This document shows, in pieces, positions 28,304 to 41,441 of a DNA stretch of 64,000 nucleotides. Under the pieces are notes generated by a model that was not told where the DNA came from, made no database searches, and worked only from the letters and a program-made list of their open reading frames with translations. Source of the stretch: Leptogorgia sarmentosa. Lineage: Eukaryota. A program made the translations under genes and the position numbers. Within the stretch, counting starts at the first letter, position 1. Every line of letters starts with the position of its first letter. The DNA is taken from NCBI GenBank assembly GCA_964658305.1, contig OZ210884.1, forward strand, positions 7,688,001 through 7,752,000. Reading direction: 5' to 3'.

Positions 28304-31290
28304 CCTCTACAAAAAAAGGCTCGCTATGTTTACTGTTTATTTATTTACATGCAAGATTTGTTCCATCATCAATGAATATTAAACAGTGAATTAATATTGA
28401 TAACTCAATATTTTGTTCCAATATATTGATACTGTAGGAAAGGTTGTTGGTTAATGATAGCTATTCAATGAAAACTTGCTGAATGTACTAAAGTGTCTTT
28501 TTCTCTGCTAATCATATACGCGCTCGAAAATAGTATCATAGTCCGAACTGTATTTTTGAGTTTGTAAAAAACCCCTAAACATATGCAGCCAAACATACAT
28601 ACTCACAACTTGATCACTCTTTTATGCAGTGTTGTTCACTTGATGATGTTCAACAACAATATTTCGATAGCTCTGTAATTTGTATTGATTTGATGTTGCG
28701 TTCGTTACACATGCATGGTCAAACTGAAATACCCCCTGCGGGGGGGGGGCATGGCCCCCCTGCCCCCCCCCCAGTTCCGCGGTCCCTGGAGAAACAAAAA
28801 TTTTACTGTAGTTTTACTTGTTTTTAAATTTACCGCTCGCATATCGCGGGCTCGAAGCTAGTGTGGTATTTGAAAAATTAATGACACACCTGTGTAATTA
28901 ATGCTTAATTCGCACAGTTGTTGAAGCTTTTTAGCCAATCAGCGTGCAGGAAATTGACTACAATGATATTACTTGGGGAATTCGTCGCTCGATTCAAACT
29001 GATCGCCGCTTTAGTCGGGAACGTACATTTTACTGTTTAAGCTCATCCATTTTTCAGTTTTTCAGTTTATTGATAAATATGTTTCCCTTTTAAACAAACC
29101 TAGCAATGCCAATCCAACATCAATTGTCTCGAATACTTTTATAAAAACTATTAACAAGTAATAGTATGATTTCTCATGCAATTTGGATAACATACACTCG
29201 TGAGTTTTCCAAAGACTTCGCGAATAATCTGGAAAACTGACTCGTGCATGTTAATTCCAAATTGCACTCGAAACCAAACTATTAGCTACCTATAATACTA
29301 ATCATATACGTACTCGAAAAACGTACTGAACTGTATCTTTGAGTTAATCATATTACCTACCATACAATACAATTATACAATATCGCTTAATAAACAGGTA
29401 AACTTCATGGTATATGTATAGGGCAAATACACGTGAATCGACTATAGTAGCTATATACGTGTGTAGAATTATAATGAAATAAATACACAGGGCTTTCTTT
29501 GATATCCCTATCAACCGGCAAATGCACACAAAAGCATTTTATTTAACTGTTATTTCATAGAGAGTTGAGCCGTTTAGACCTATTCTAATCGGATCTACCT
29601 ATACCTATACCTACCTACCTACCTATTCTCGGTCGTGTAAAAAACCCCTAAACATATGCAGCCAAACATACATACTCACAACTTGATCACTCTTTTGTGC
29701 AGTGTTGTTCACTTGATGATGTTCAGCAACAATATTTCGATAGCTCTGTAATTTGTATTGATTTGATGTTGCGTTCGTTACACATACATGATCAAACTGA
29801 AAGTACTCTCACAGTTGGATGCCATTGCTGGCATGCACTTCACTGTGAAATTTAATTAATATTGCAATTTCTATCAATTCTGGGATGTGAGAAACGGAAA
29901 CGAGGTATATATTGAGCAACATGTTAAGGATAAATCTGCTTCAACTTGCCACGAAATGTGGACGAAAATACTAAAATAGACAGCACTGCTGTAAGGTCTA
30001 GTTTGCATGCATAGGCCATAGGTTGCAAGCTCTCGCCCGCGTTTGTTTGAGTGCTTAGCGACTATAAACAACCAAAAATAACAGAGTCGCCGCGACACGC
30101 CAGTCGGCAGTGTATAGTTGAAATAGGCTTTATTGTATTCCTTAGACTTTGTCATATTTTTGCAAATACCAAACGACGTTTTTGACAGCAAGAACGCCAA
30201 TGAAGAGTCAATCGAGCTGTTTATTGGCTATAATGGCTTGATTCACTTCCAGTTGGCGTTTGTGTAGCAAAAACGTCGCTTGCTTAACCTCGCTATTAAG
30301 CATGGGATTGGACCTGACAGGAACAAAATTGAACCCGCGAATGCAAAGAGCCAGAGGCAAAGAGCTTTCAATACCAATTGTCTGTTACATTTTGAACCTA
30401 TGATCCTATGATAAAGAAATAAAGTATTTTCAACTCTTTTTGTCCGGTGGTTTGGATATTAAGTGATGGTGCAGAGTCCGGCCAGATTACCGTTTGCATG
30501 TCTGGGCTTTACTGAAGTCAAATACAGATCAAACAGATTGTTTCCGAGTTTAATAAATGAAGATTTTTCTACAAGCGTCCGCTTTTCTTCTTGTTTTTTT
30601 TCTTCGAATACTGTGCAAGCGGGTGACAGGCACCCTGTTGCCCAACACTAATATATTTGCATATTCAAATGATTTTTTAAACTAAAATATACAACTGTGC
30701 ATTATATACGTGGCATTTTAAGTTTTTAACAAGAGTATACACCGTTTAATTTGGCGTCGTATTTGTTTTCGCGATGAAGTTTCGTTTGGGGAAATGGACG
30801 CTAAAGTTATGTACTGTTTGCCTCAAAAAGCTGCCACCACAGCCTGTTTCATTCCAAGAGAAATAATCATGCAGGTGGCTGACAAATCTCGAAAAGTTTG
30901 CTGGTTAAATTATTACTGTCGGAAACGTGTGCGTGTGGGCGTCAAACAATGCATGCATCCTTCCATTTTTAGAATGAAACTATTTCTGATTTTTTATTTA
31001 GCAAATGTTGTTTGTTTTTATCTTTCAAAATACAAAGCTTTTCTTCCAAACATACATTACATCTTTTTGTTCCTCTCGTATAGGAAATACACTGTTTAAT
31101 TATTGACTAAGTAATGTCGAAATCTATCTTATTATCTTCTAGTATCTTCAGTTTGGAATCCTTCAGTAATTCTCAAATTAAAACGTTAGAAAGTGAGCGC
31201 AAGTCGTCCATTGATAAATAACAATTGAGTAAAAGAAAACAATTACTCCAAAACTAATATAAAAACTTATCACTTTCTACCTGTGACAAT

Positions 31291-34200
31291 TTATAATATC
31301 ACGCTGATTACTTCAATTGAGCTACTCTCCCACATTGTTATTGCCTCAAAAGTTACGTCAATTCTTTCTTTCCCGACTGTAACATGCGGTTGGATGTGGT
31401 AATCGTGAACACGTAATGAACTGCGGCCATTAATAGCTCTTTGTGGGCAGAACCAGATTCCAGCGTATTTTCCATCAACTTCCACTTTCGCCTTTTGGTT
31501 TGGTACCATAGAGCGATATTCTCTACGCAAAATAACCCCGGCGTTATTTTTCTCAGTTTTAAATGTGTGTGTTACGCGTTGTTTAACTTTTAGGGACATG
31601 ATATATTTGTTGAAAAGAATTTCAGGTTGATTTTCAAACGTCGATAGAATTTCGAAAATATGCTCATCATTTGGAGTATACCGCACGTTATGTGAAGAGG
31701 TAGATTTATTCTTCCCATAATCCAGTTTATCTGTCGTTATCCCTCCTGGACCCTTGCGCCCGTAAAACATGGCAACGCTAAAGAGTGTAGTATCAGATAT
31801 TGTCTGATTAAACAACGGAGAACTGGCTTCAAAAGATCGTGCAGGGCTGCGGTTTTTACGACCCGGAGATCCTTCAATATAAATACGAATACCTTTGGTA
31901 AATAGAATGGGATCGAAATTCATATGTCGATACATGTACATACACTTTACTCCCGGGGCTTTGTCCCAATAAAAAGGGACACCATTCTGGACATTACTCG
32001 TGTTTCGCAGACTTTTAAATCCATGCGTGTAGCCAAAATAGTCCTCGAGGCCAGTCGAAGAAATTACAGGAGCTGTAGCATTGTCTGTCTCGATAATGAC
32101 ATCATTTTCTTGAAAGCCATTCGGGACGTTTGCAATCAAGTTAATGGCGACGACATGTCCCCATTCATTCTCAACATGCAAAAGCGTTTTATGTTTACTT
32201 GAAACGAAATCATACCTGTTTAGTTGCGCGCTAAAATATCCCGTTAAGCGTGGATTATATTCCCTTCTATCCATCTGTTTTGTGTTTATCTGACTGCAAA
32301 CCACCGCTGAGCCAAATCCACGCACGCGCTTGATTACAATTCGCGCGGAAGTCCAGAAAGGCATTTCGTAATATAAGTGAGCTACCCAATCAAATTTCGG
32401 AAGGCCCGATAAGTTTATGGCTCCATTTCCACGTGTGCTGCACTTCTTTTTCCGCATTCCCGCCATCAAAGAGTTCACATCGCGAAGGTAACCAAGCCCA
32501 ACCATAAAAAGTCCTGCAAGTGGAATTTCTTTAACTTGGGGTTCTCTTGCATCCCAAATCATTGTAATCAAAATTCTCTCCCAGTGTTCGGAAATGGCGT
32601 AATTCCCTTCATCACCATCGTAGACTCTTAGTAACAAGGACTGGATAATTTGCCCAACATCAGATGCGAATATTGTTACTTCCTCCCCAGGCCCAACGTT
32701 ATAACACGTAAGCTCACAGTTTGAACCTGAACCGGGTGTGTAGTCTTCTGGTGCGTTCGCCATTGTTGAGACGGCATGGTTTAAATGGTCAAGATAGTTT
32801 TTTCGGGGATTTGACAAATCGAACGGGTAATAATCCTGAAAAGTCGACTTGAGTTGCACGCCGTGGACCAACTTATTGCTGGCAATGCCAAAATACCCAC
32901 GGACAGGGCACGGTAACATTTTCACTTTACACTCAAGCATTTTTTCCCACATTTCTTTTTCACTTAAAATAGGACGATCTATCAATCTGGCCGTGATACG
33001 TAGTGATTTTTCATATGCAATAGGGAATGTCACGTAATAACCGCAATTCAAATCACCTCGGTCAGGACGAAAGAAAGGTTGCTTCAATGGATAGTTCTTG
33101 TCTGGTGAAGTGGCAAATGTCGTTGTGTTTTTAAGTACCACCCCATCCACCTTGAATATATGAACATAAATTCAGTTATTATGAGAACCACTGAATATTT
33201 ATTCAGTTATTATGAGAACGTTAACCACTGAATATTTGGAGAAAATCAAAGTTTTATGATTTATAACTGTAACACTTTGGTTGAAACATCGAAACAAATT
33301 ATCAGAGTGTCATCTATTTTAGGAGTGTCTAATATAATGTTTGGTATTTAAAGTTTTTTTTCAAATTTCTCAGAAAGAACATTGCGTGGAGAATTTGCGG
33401 AAAGGTTCACGACAAAATGCATACCATTGGAAAATAGCCAAAATACTGCACATCGGCCGTTTTCTTCAATATTCTTTGTGCATGTCAGTTCTCAAAGAAA
33501 ACCTGCCACTTTGACTAGGGCTGAATGAGTTCAAGTCAAATTAACATTGAAATTTTTCCTCGTTGCAAGTGGAACAACCATGCATCTAGATCAAGAGCTA
33601 GTGCACTAACCACTTCGGTCTTCGCCATGAAACCGCTAATGCGAATAAGTTTCTAATGAGCTTTGTTATTTTTTACCTCAAATGTAACAAGCGTTCTGTG
33701 TCGTTTGTTAACCCGAGTTTCCAATAGAAATCTTTCCACGATGCCGGCTCCGTAATCTTCGAATAACAACATATCATTTCCACTATAATTGACTGGGTTA
33801 AAGAAATCCAAGTTACGACCATCAGGATCATAACTTGCGATTTCTGAATATTTTCGTCCAAATCTTCGTTTTGGAATTGCACTGAAATCAAATTTCCAAG
33901 TTGAGTTGTCCGCTACATCTCCTCCAAAAATATGCTCCATGTCTATCAAACAATAACTCAGACATCAGAATGACTTTTATTTTTTTCTAAATAAGCAGCG
34001 GGCGGAATGCTAGCGTTGTAAGACGGGACGCCTCATGGCTAGACAGGCTCGTATATATAAATGGACGAAAAAGGTCAAACTGGGGGCTTATAATATGTCT
34101 TTTTACTTAACTCTCTGTTCATACGAGCTGCGATTTTCTCCTTTTGATAGATGTGAAGAAGTGCATTAATAACGAATGTGCTGAGTGTGTTTCCTCACAT

Positions 34201-37096
34201 TTGTGACTGGTTTACTCGTCAACGTCAGTCAAAAAGAGAGAATCGGGCTATTTAACAATTAGATTACGAGCTCGAGATTTCTATGAGGTGATAGTTGATG
34301 AGGGCGAAGCCCGAGTCAACTATCATCTCGTAGAAATCGAGAGCGAGTAATCTAATTGTTTTAGTAGAATCAGAGATCAAACATGAAAATATTGCAAAAA
34401 ATAATTTAAAACCGCGTCTCAGAAGACATTTTCTTGAACGAAAATTCACATATTTGGCTACTCGCTATCTATCGAGGAATAGATAGCGAGTAGAGTAGCC
34501 AATCAAATTGCAGCATTTGCAATAGTATACGAGTATGATTCTACTAAAGGGCTTTAGTATACACCCAACCATCGTCTATTACAAATGGTACATTCTGATT
34601 GGCTACTCAGCCGTCGTCTATTTAACAATTAGACAACTCGGCCTCGTTGTCTCAGCGAATAGTCAACTCGGACTTCGTCCTCGTTGACTATTCGCTCATA
34701 GACAACTCGGCCTGCTTGTCTAATTGTTAAATATATATGTATAGAAAATGGCAGCGAAATCGCTACCGTTAACGGGCCTTTTAACAGACTTATTGTGTGT
34801 ATGTATTGTATTTCTATGTTATTTCTATGTATTTGATTTTTTTTCATACTTAAACGCCCGTCCTGTAAATCAGCATTAAATTTGTTGTGCGAAACTAGTG
34901 TGTGTCTTAAATAAATTCGATTGATTGATTTGTAAAGTTTAACGTACTAGTTGTGTTTGAATTAGCCGCGGAAGACACGTCATTCAAAAGAGGAATGTAG
35001 TGTGTGTGCGAGATTACCTGTGTCCTTTATTGGTTCGTCCAGTTTTCGAAGAACAGTTACGATGTCGGAATCAGAACGCATATACTCTACAGAAAATTAA
35101 AAATGTAGAGATAGTTCTTTTAATCGTGGCAGAAATACGTTAACACAGAGTATATATAAGACAGAGGTCTATCATTAAAAAGTGGCATTTTCATATATTA
35201 ACCACTTTTTTAATGCAGCCAGGCAAAAAATGATCAACTACGCATGCTTGGCATGTTCAAATTTGGTCGTCATCCAATCAGGCCGAGCATGCGCACAAAA
35301 AACTGGGTACAATTAACAGTTAGACCTCTGCATGTAATTCCTATGTGACGTTAATCAGTATTCAGTACAAAAGATATTTAGCTCAAAGTTCATAAGAATC
35401 GAATGAACCGCTGACAAAGAAAATATGTGTGTAATAATTTTGGCAATGGTGATGGACAATTATTGAATGAGGCCGAGCAGGATATTAAACAATTATTGAA
35501 TGAGGTCGAGTAGGAGATGAGGAATTATTTAGGCCGAGGTTTGTGTATTTTGCCGAAGTCAGTTTATCATGCAGTCTGGCTACAACCACTGCAACTTGTT
35601 CAATTGCTCGTCATTTAGGCGAGAAGTCACGTGATTGAATACAAGCAATTGAGGCAGAAGTTTGCGTTATCTACCAGGCATGGCGAGTTGTGTTAATAGG
35701 TTTTAATAGTCATTATTAAGATAAATTAAAGTTTAAAAAAATTAATTACTATAATTATCACTGTATGATATAATTATATACATTAGATTGATATATACTT
35801 ACGTATAGTATACCATAAGGATGTTGGGATAGATGATTGCATCACCATTACGTATACGGAGATAGTCAGAATGACAAATATAGACAGAATGAGAAAACCC
35901 TAACATGAAAGAAAAATTTCCTATGTGATAAAAAGTAGACCTACCACACATATAAGTATTAGCGAGGTTCAGAATTGACCAGTGGCGTCACCAAACCGGG
36001 GGGGGGGGGTGGTGCGGGAGGACATATCCATATTTTCGTGTTTTGCATAAACAATTTCTTCTGAAATCGCGATTGTTTTTACAGTATGTGAACATGAATA
36101 TATATTGTTATATAGTTGGTGTCAAAGTTCAATTTTCCCGTTTGCTGATTGGACAAAACCGTATCACGTGCCGGTTCACAAAACGTCATGTTCGCCAACC
36201 GGTCAAAAATCAAAAAATTATTGACCGGGCAACAATTAAATGGGCACAATGCGCATGCGCGTCAACCGTGAAGTCCAAAGTTCATTCAATCGTACGATGT
36301 TTTTTAAATTTATCGAACATTTACGGCGTAAGGCGTCCCATTTAATGTCTGTTTTTTTATTTCAACGTTCGCTCCAGTATTAAACCGGTGAATTCATTCA
36401 TATTTTGACACTAAACTATATAACAAAACACTTATTTACTGAAACCTCGAGAAACATTGTGTTTTTGTGGCCCCTCGACCGCCATTGTTGCCCTCGGCTT
36501 CGCCTCGGGCAACAACGGCGGTCTCAGGGCCACAAAACACAATGTTTCCCTCGATCTCAGTAAATAAGTGATAAATAATGCCTCCCCCTCTTAACGAGTA
36601 TAGTAACGCCACTGGATCGGACTTCCACTACCATCAGGGAATATGAACCAATCGGATGCGTTAAATTTATCTGGTTAACCAATCACATACACAATAGGTC
36701 AGCGAAAAGTAACGGCCGTGGTGTAGTGGAAGTCAAATCTGAACCAGGCTATTGCGCATATGTGTCAGTATTAATATTTAAACTTGGCGTTAATTTTACG
36801 GTCGAATTTCAAATTTTGCAAGAGATCAAATTTGAACGGTTGCTCCGGTAGTAATCCAGTATCGTGTAACTGATGCCTATAATACCTGTACCTAATACCG
36901 GTACATTATTCGATATCAGTGGACAGTGAACCATTTTGAAAACTTCATTTAGATGCAGAATGACAAAGTCGCATGTAACAAGGTAGTTTTGTTTCTAATG
37001 GCAATAATTCAAATATTTTTGACACATTTTACTTAAAAACGTGATCTATACCTTTTTAATTCGTGTTGTTGAACCATGGGAACACGTGGACGCCAT
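31291..37096 (-). CDS. DUF2961 / GH172-like glycoside hydrolase, type II membrane-anchored, copy 3 (778 aa)
   Basis: Exons 37096-37052 (MASTCSHGSTTRIKK), 35899-35803 (matches copy 1 exon 2), 35086-35018, 33942-33677 and 33150-31291; 2337 nt in frame. QEND...STGLEDYF retained. Confidence 0.85.
34249..34732. repeat. Two adjacent palindromic hairpin elements in intron 3 of copy 3
   Basis: TATTTAACAATTAGA...GGCGAAGCC...TCTAATTGTTTTAGTA (34249-34365) and TATTTAACAATTAGAC...GACTTCGTC...GTCTAATTGTTAAATA (34618-34732). Absent from the equivalent intron of copy 1. Confidence 0.75.
36425..36577. repeat. Palindromic hairpin element with GGCTTCGCC apex, at the end of a ~480-bp insertion in copy 3 intron 1
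   Basis: CACTTATTTACTGA...GCCCTCGGCTTCGCCTCGGGC...TCAGTAAATAAGTG; the region ~36105-36577 is missing from the paralogous intron of copy 1. Confidence 0.75.
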
Positions 37097-39299
37097 TCCC
37101 TACGAAAAAAGATTCGCCATGTTCAGTGATTTATTGTATGGCCTAGTTTTCAAAATTTGTATTAGTATAGGAAATTATACGGTTCGAGAAGAGCAATGAA
37201 AAATTGCACTCGTGTTTGGCGAAATACCGCTCGTGCTTCGCCAAACACAAGTGCAATTTTTCATCAATACTTCGAGAACAAGTGTAATTTCGTTTTAAAA
37301 TAATTGTAGTCAATTTCAGTGCAATTTCAATATCAAACAAATCAAAATCCATCGTAAATTTATTCGAGAAACAAAAATTTTACTGTAGTTTTACTTGTTT
37401 TTAAATTTAGCGCTCGCATATCGCGGGCTCGAAGTGTGGTATTTGAAAAATTAATGACACACCTGTGTAATTAATGTTTAATTCTCACAGTTGTTGAAGC
37501 TTTTTAGCCAATCAGCGTGCAGGAAATTGACTACAATGATATTACTTGGGGAATTCGTCGCTCGATTCAAACTGATCGCCGATTTAGTCGGGAACGTACA
37601 ATTTACTGATTAAGCTCATCCATTTTTCAGTTTTTCAGTTTATTGATAAATATGTTTCCCTTTTAAACAAACCTAGCAATGCCAATCCAACATCAATTGT
37701 CTCGAATACTTTTATAAAAACTATTAACAAGTAATAGTATGATTTCTCATGCAATTTGGATAACATACACTTGTGAGTTTTCCAAAGACTTCGCGAATAA
37801 TCTGGAAAACTGACTCGTGCATGTTAATTCCAAATGGCACTCGAAACCAAACTATTAGCTACCTATAATACTAATCATCTACGTATACTCGAAAAACGTA
37901 CTGAACTGTATCTTTGAGTTAATCATATTACCTACCATACAATACAATTATACAATATCGCTTTATGAACAGGTAAACTTCATGGTATATGTATAGGGCA
38001 AATACACGTGAATCGACTATAGTAGCTATATACGTGTGTTGAATTATAATGAAATAAATACACAGGGCTTTCTTTAATATCCCTATCAACCGGCAAATGC
38101 ACACAAAAGCATTTTATTTAACTGTTATATATTTCATAGAGAGTTGAGCCGTTTAGACCTATTCTAATCAAACCTACCTACCTACCTATTCTCAGTCGTG
38201 TAAAAAACCCCTAATGCAGCCAAACATACTCACTCACAAATCGATCACTCTTTTGTGCAGTGTTGTTCACTTGATGATGTTCAGCAACAATATTTCGATA
38301 GCTCTGTAATTTGTATTGATTTGATGTTGCGTTCGTTACACATGCATGGTCAAAAAAATACCCCGCTGGGCCGCTGGCATGCACTTTGCTGTGAAATTTA
38401 AATAATCTGAATTTTATATAAATTATGATGGGATGTGGGAAACGAGGTTTACACGAGTTAACGAAGTGTTGAATTGAGCAACATATGTTAAGGATAAATC
38501 TGCTTCAACTTGCCACGAAATGTGGACGAAAATACTAAAATAGACAGAACTGCTGTAAGGCCTAGTTTCCATGTTTGTTTGAGTGCTTAGCGACTATAAA
38601 CAACCAAAGATAACAGAGTCGCCAGGCAGCAGTGTATAGTTGAAGTAGGCTTTATTGTATTCCTCATATTTGCCATTTTTTGCAAATACCGAGCGACGTT
38701 TTTGACAAAACGAACGCCAATCAGGAGTCAATCGAGCTGTTTATTGGCTATAATGGCTTAGTGATTCATTTCCAGTTCGCGCCAGTTTGTGTAGCAAAAA
38801 CGTCGCTTGCTTAAGCTCGCTAATAAGCATGGGATTGGACCTGACAGGAACAAAATTGACCCGCGAATGCAAGGAGCTTTCAATACCAATTTTCTGTTGC
38901 ATTTTGAACCTATGATCCTACGATAAAGAAATAAAATATTTTCAACTCTTTGTCCGGTGGTTTGGATAATAAGTGATGGGAAGAGTCCGGCCAGATTACC
39001 GTTTGCATGTCTGGGCTTTACCGATGTAACAGATTGTTTTCGAGTTTAATAAATGAAGATTTTCCTACAAGCGTCAGCTTTTCTTCTTGTTCGAATGGTG
39101 TGCAAGCGGGTGACAGGCACCCTGTTGCCCAACACTGATATATTTGCATATTCAAACGATTTTTTTAAACTAAAATATACATACAACTGTGCATTATATA
39201 CGTGGCATGGTTTCTCTGCTAATCATATACGCGCTCGAAAATAGTATCATAGTCCGAACTGTATTTTTGAGTTTATAAACATGCAGCTATATACCTATT

Positions 39300-39889
39300 C
39301 AGGGTGTCTCAAAAAAAAGGTAATCCAACTTTGGCATGCCATTGTGCGTTGATTACTGGGTGTATGAACGTGATTTTTGCATGGTCATAAAGATCAAGGT
39401 CTTAGCAGTTGAATGACATATTTGTTGTACGATATGGAAGAAAATCAGGCAAATGCGAGCGTGTTGAAAAATCTCGGTGAAAAACGCATTCTTTCACCTC
39501 TGTGCCTAATTAAAGCAGTGCATAACAAAAGAAAAATGCAATTCATCGCGAATGTGTCATGGTAACAAAGATTTTATCAGGATTATTAATAATTATGCAT
39601 AATCAGGTCGATTGTTGAAGGGAAGGTCGTCATCTTCGAGTCCCAGAGGGAGTTACTTTTGAATAAGTTTAGCTGCAATTCTCAGAGGTGAAAGAATGCG
39701 TTTTTCACCGAGATTTTTCAACACGCTCGCATTTGCCTGATTTTCTTCGGATCCATATCGTACAACAATATGTCATTCAACTGCTAAGACCTTGATCTTT
39801 ATGACCATGCAAAAATCACGTTCGTACACCCAGTAATTAACGCACAATGGCATGTCAAAGTTGGATTACCTTTTTTTTGAGACACCCTG
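39300..39889. mobile_element. Tc1/mariner-type MITE (590 bp) with ~200-bp terminal inverted repeats
   Basis: CAGGGTGTCTCAAAAAAAAGGTAATCCAACTTT... (39300-~39502) mirrored at ~39683-39889; TA on the right flank, TT on the left (mutated TSD). Confidence 0.9.
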
Positions 39890-41441
39890 TACAGGTATAA
39901 GCGTCGCAGAAAAACCTCATTTTATATAGGGCTAATATATGTGAATCGACAATGGTAGATATATATGTACGTGTGTACTGTGTAGAACTAGTACTTTTAT
40001 TAATGAAATAAATACACATGCTTCTTTGATATCCCTGTCAACCGGCAAATGCACACAAAAGCGTTTTTATTAAATTGTTATTTCAACGATATACTTACTG
40101 CTGATTAGAGAGTTGAGCCGTTTAGACCTGTTCTTAATATACCTACCTACCTACCTACCTATTCTCGATCGTGTAAAAAAAACCCTAAACATATGCAGCC
40201 AAATTAAACATAAATACTCACAAATCGATCACTCTTTTGTGCAGTGTTGTTCACTTGATGATGTTCAACAACAATATTTCGATAGCTCTGTAATTTGTAT
40301 TGATTTGATGTTGTGTTCGTTACACATGCATGGTCAAACTGAAATACCCCGCTGGGCCCTTGGCATGCACTTTGCTGTGAAATTTAAATAATCTGAATTT
40401 TATATCAATTATGATGGGATGTGGGAAACGATATATATACGAGTTAGCGAACTGTTGAGTTGAGAAACATGTTAAGGATAAATCTGCTTCGACTTGCCAC
40501 GAAATGTGGCACGAAGATCCTAAAATAGACAGAACTTATGTAAAGCATAGTTTTAATTAAGGTCTAGTTAATTGTCAGTTACATTTTGAACCTATGATCC
40601 TATGATAAAGAGATAAAGTATGAATTTTTCAACTCTTTTTGTCCGGTGGTTTGGAAAATAAGTGATGGTAAAAAGTCCAATCTGTTCCTTCCGATGCATA
40701 TTTTCCTGAGTGGAAATCGCCCATTCAAGCTCTTTATTCAAACTTCTACAAACAAGCACAACGTGGTGAGAGGTCAACTCAGAATTGCCGGAGTTCAAAC
40801 AATTTTTACGAACACAATTAATACAAACAGAAATTTTAATTGTTTACATGCATGTTGTAGCAATGTTTCTAAACAATAAAGCTTTCTGGCATAATCATTC
40901 TGAAATGATCATTTTGAAGAGACTGAAGAGAGTATATAAGTATATATGCCTTATATATGTGGCCAGGTAGGTAGCGAACAACAAAATGGACAATCATCAA
41001 AAGTTTTACTGCTCAGACTCAACTTTTGCAGCTTGTTTGGTAACTATGACATCCAATTGCTATATTTACATGCTGACCAGCTTGCATTGCTTCATCGCAT
41101 GAATTATATATACTATTATAGCTCTAGCCCTAATGAGAAGACCCTGTTTTCAATTTTCTTGATCTTCGTACGTTCTTGTTTAAGATGGAGTAAAGGCCTT
41201 ATTTTCACTTTTCCCCCTTTCACTCCATGCAATTGCACGGACTTGTATCCTTGTCCTTTCATTTCGACAACAAGCTCTTCATGTCAATTTAGAAGTTAAT
41301 TATTTCATACACATAGCACCTGCTATATGTATAATTATGTCAGTTGCCGTATTTTTTCCATCAACTCATGACAAAGTGGTATGATATATACAGCGTTCGT
41401 TTCTTGGAGACCAACTTCACGGCTGTTCAAACTTAACAGCA

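Noticed and set aside
21020..40350. Six-copy repeat as a CRISPR array or structured ncRNA cluster
   Set aside because: Copies are >100 nt, kilobases apart and part of segmental duplications; there is no repeat-spacer periodicity and no cas gene.
40946..41299. 117-aa plus-strand ORF and a ~55-codon minus-strand open stretch upstream of the receptor gene
   Set aside because: No recognisable motif or convincing splice context; cannot be supported.
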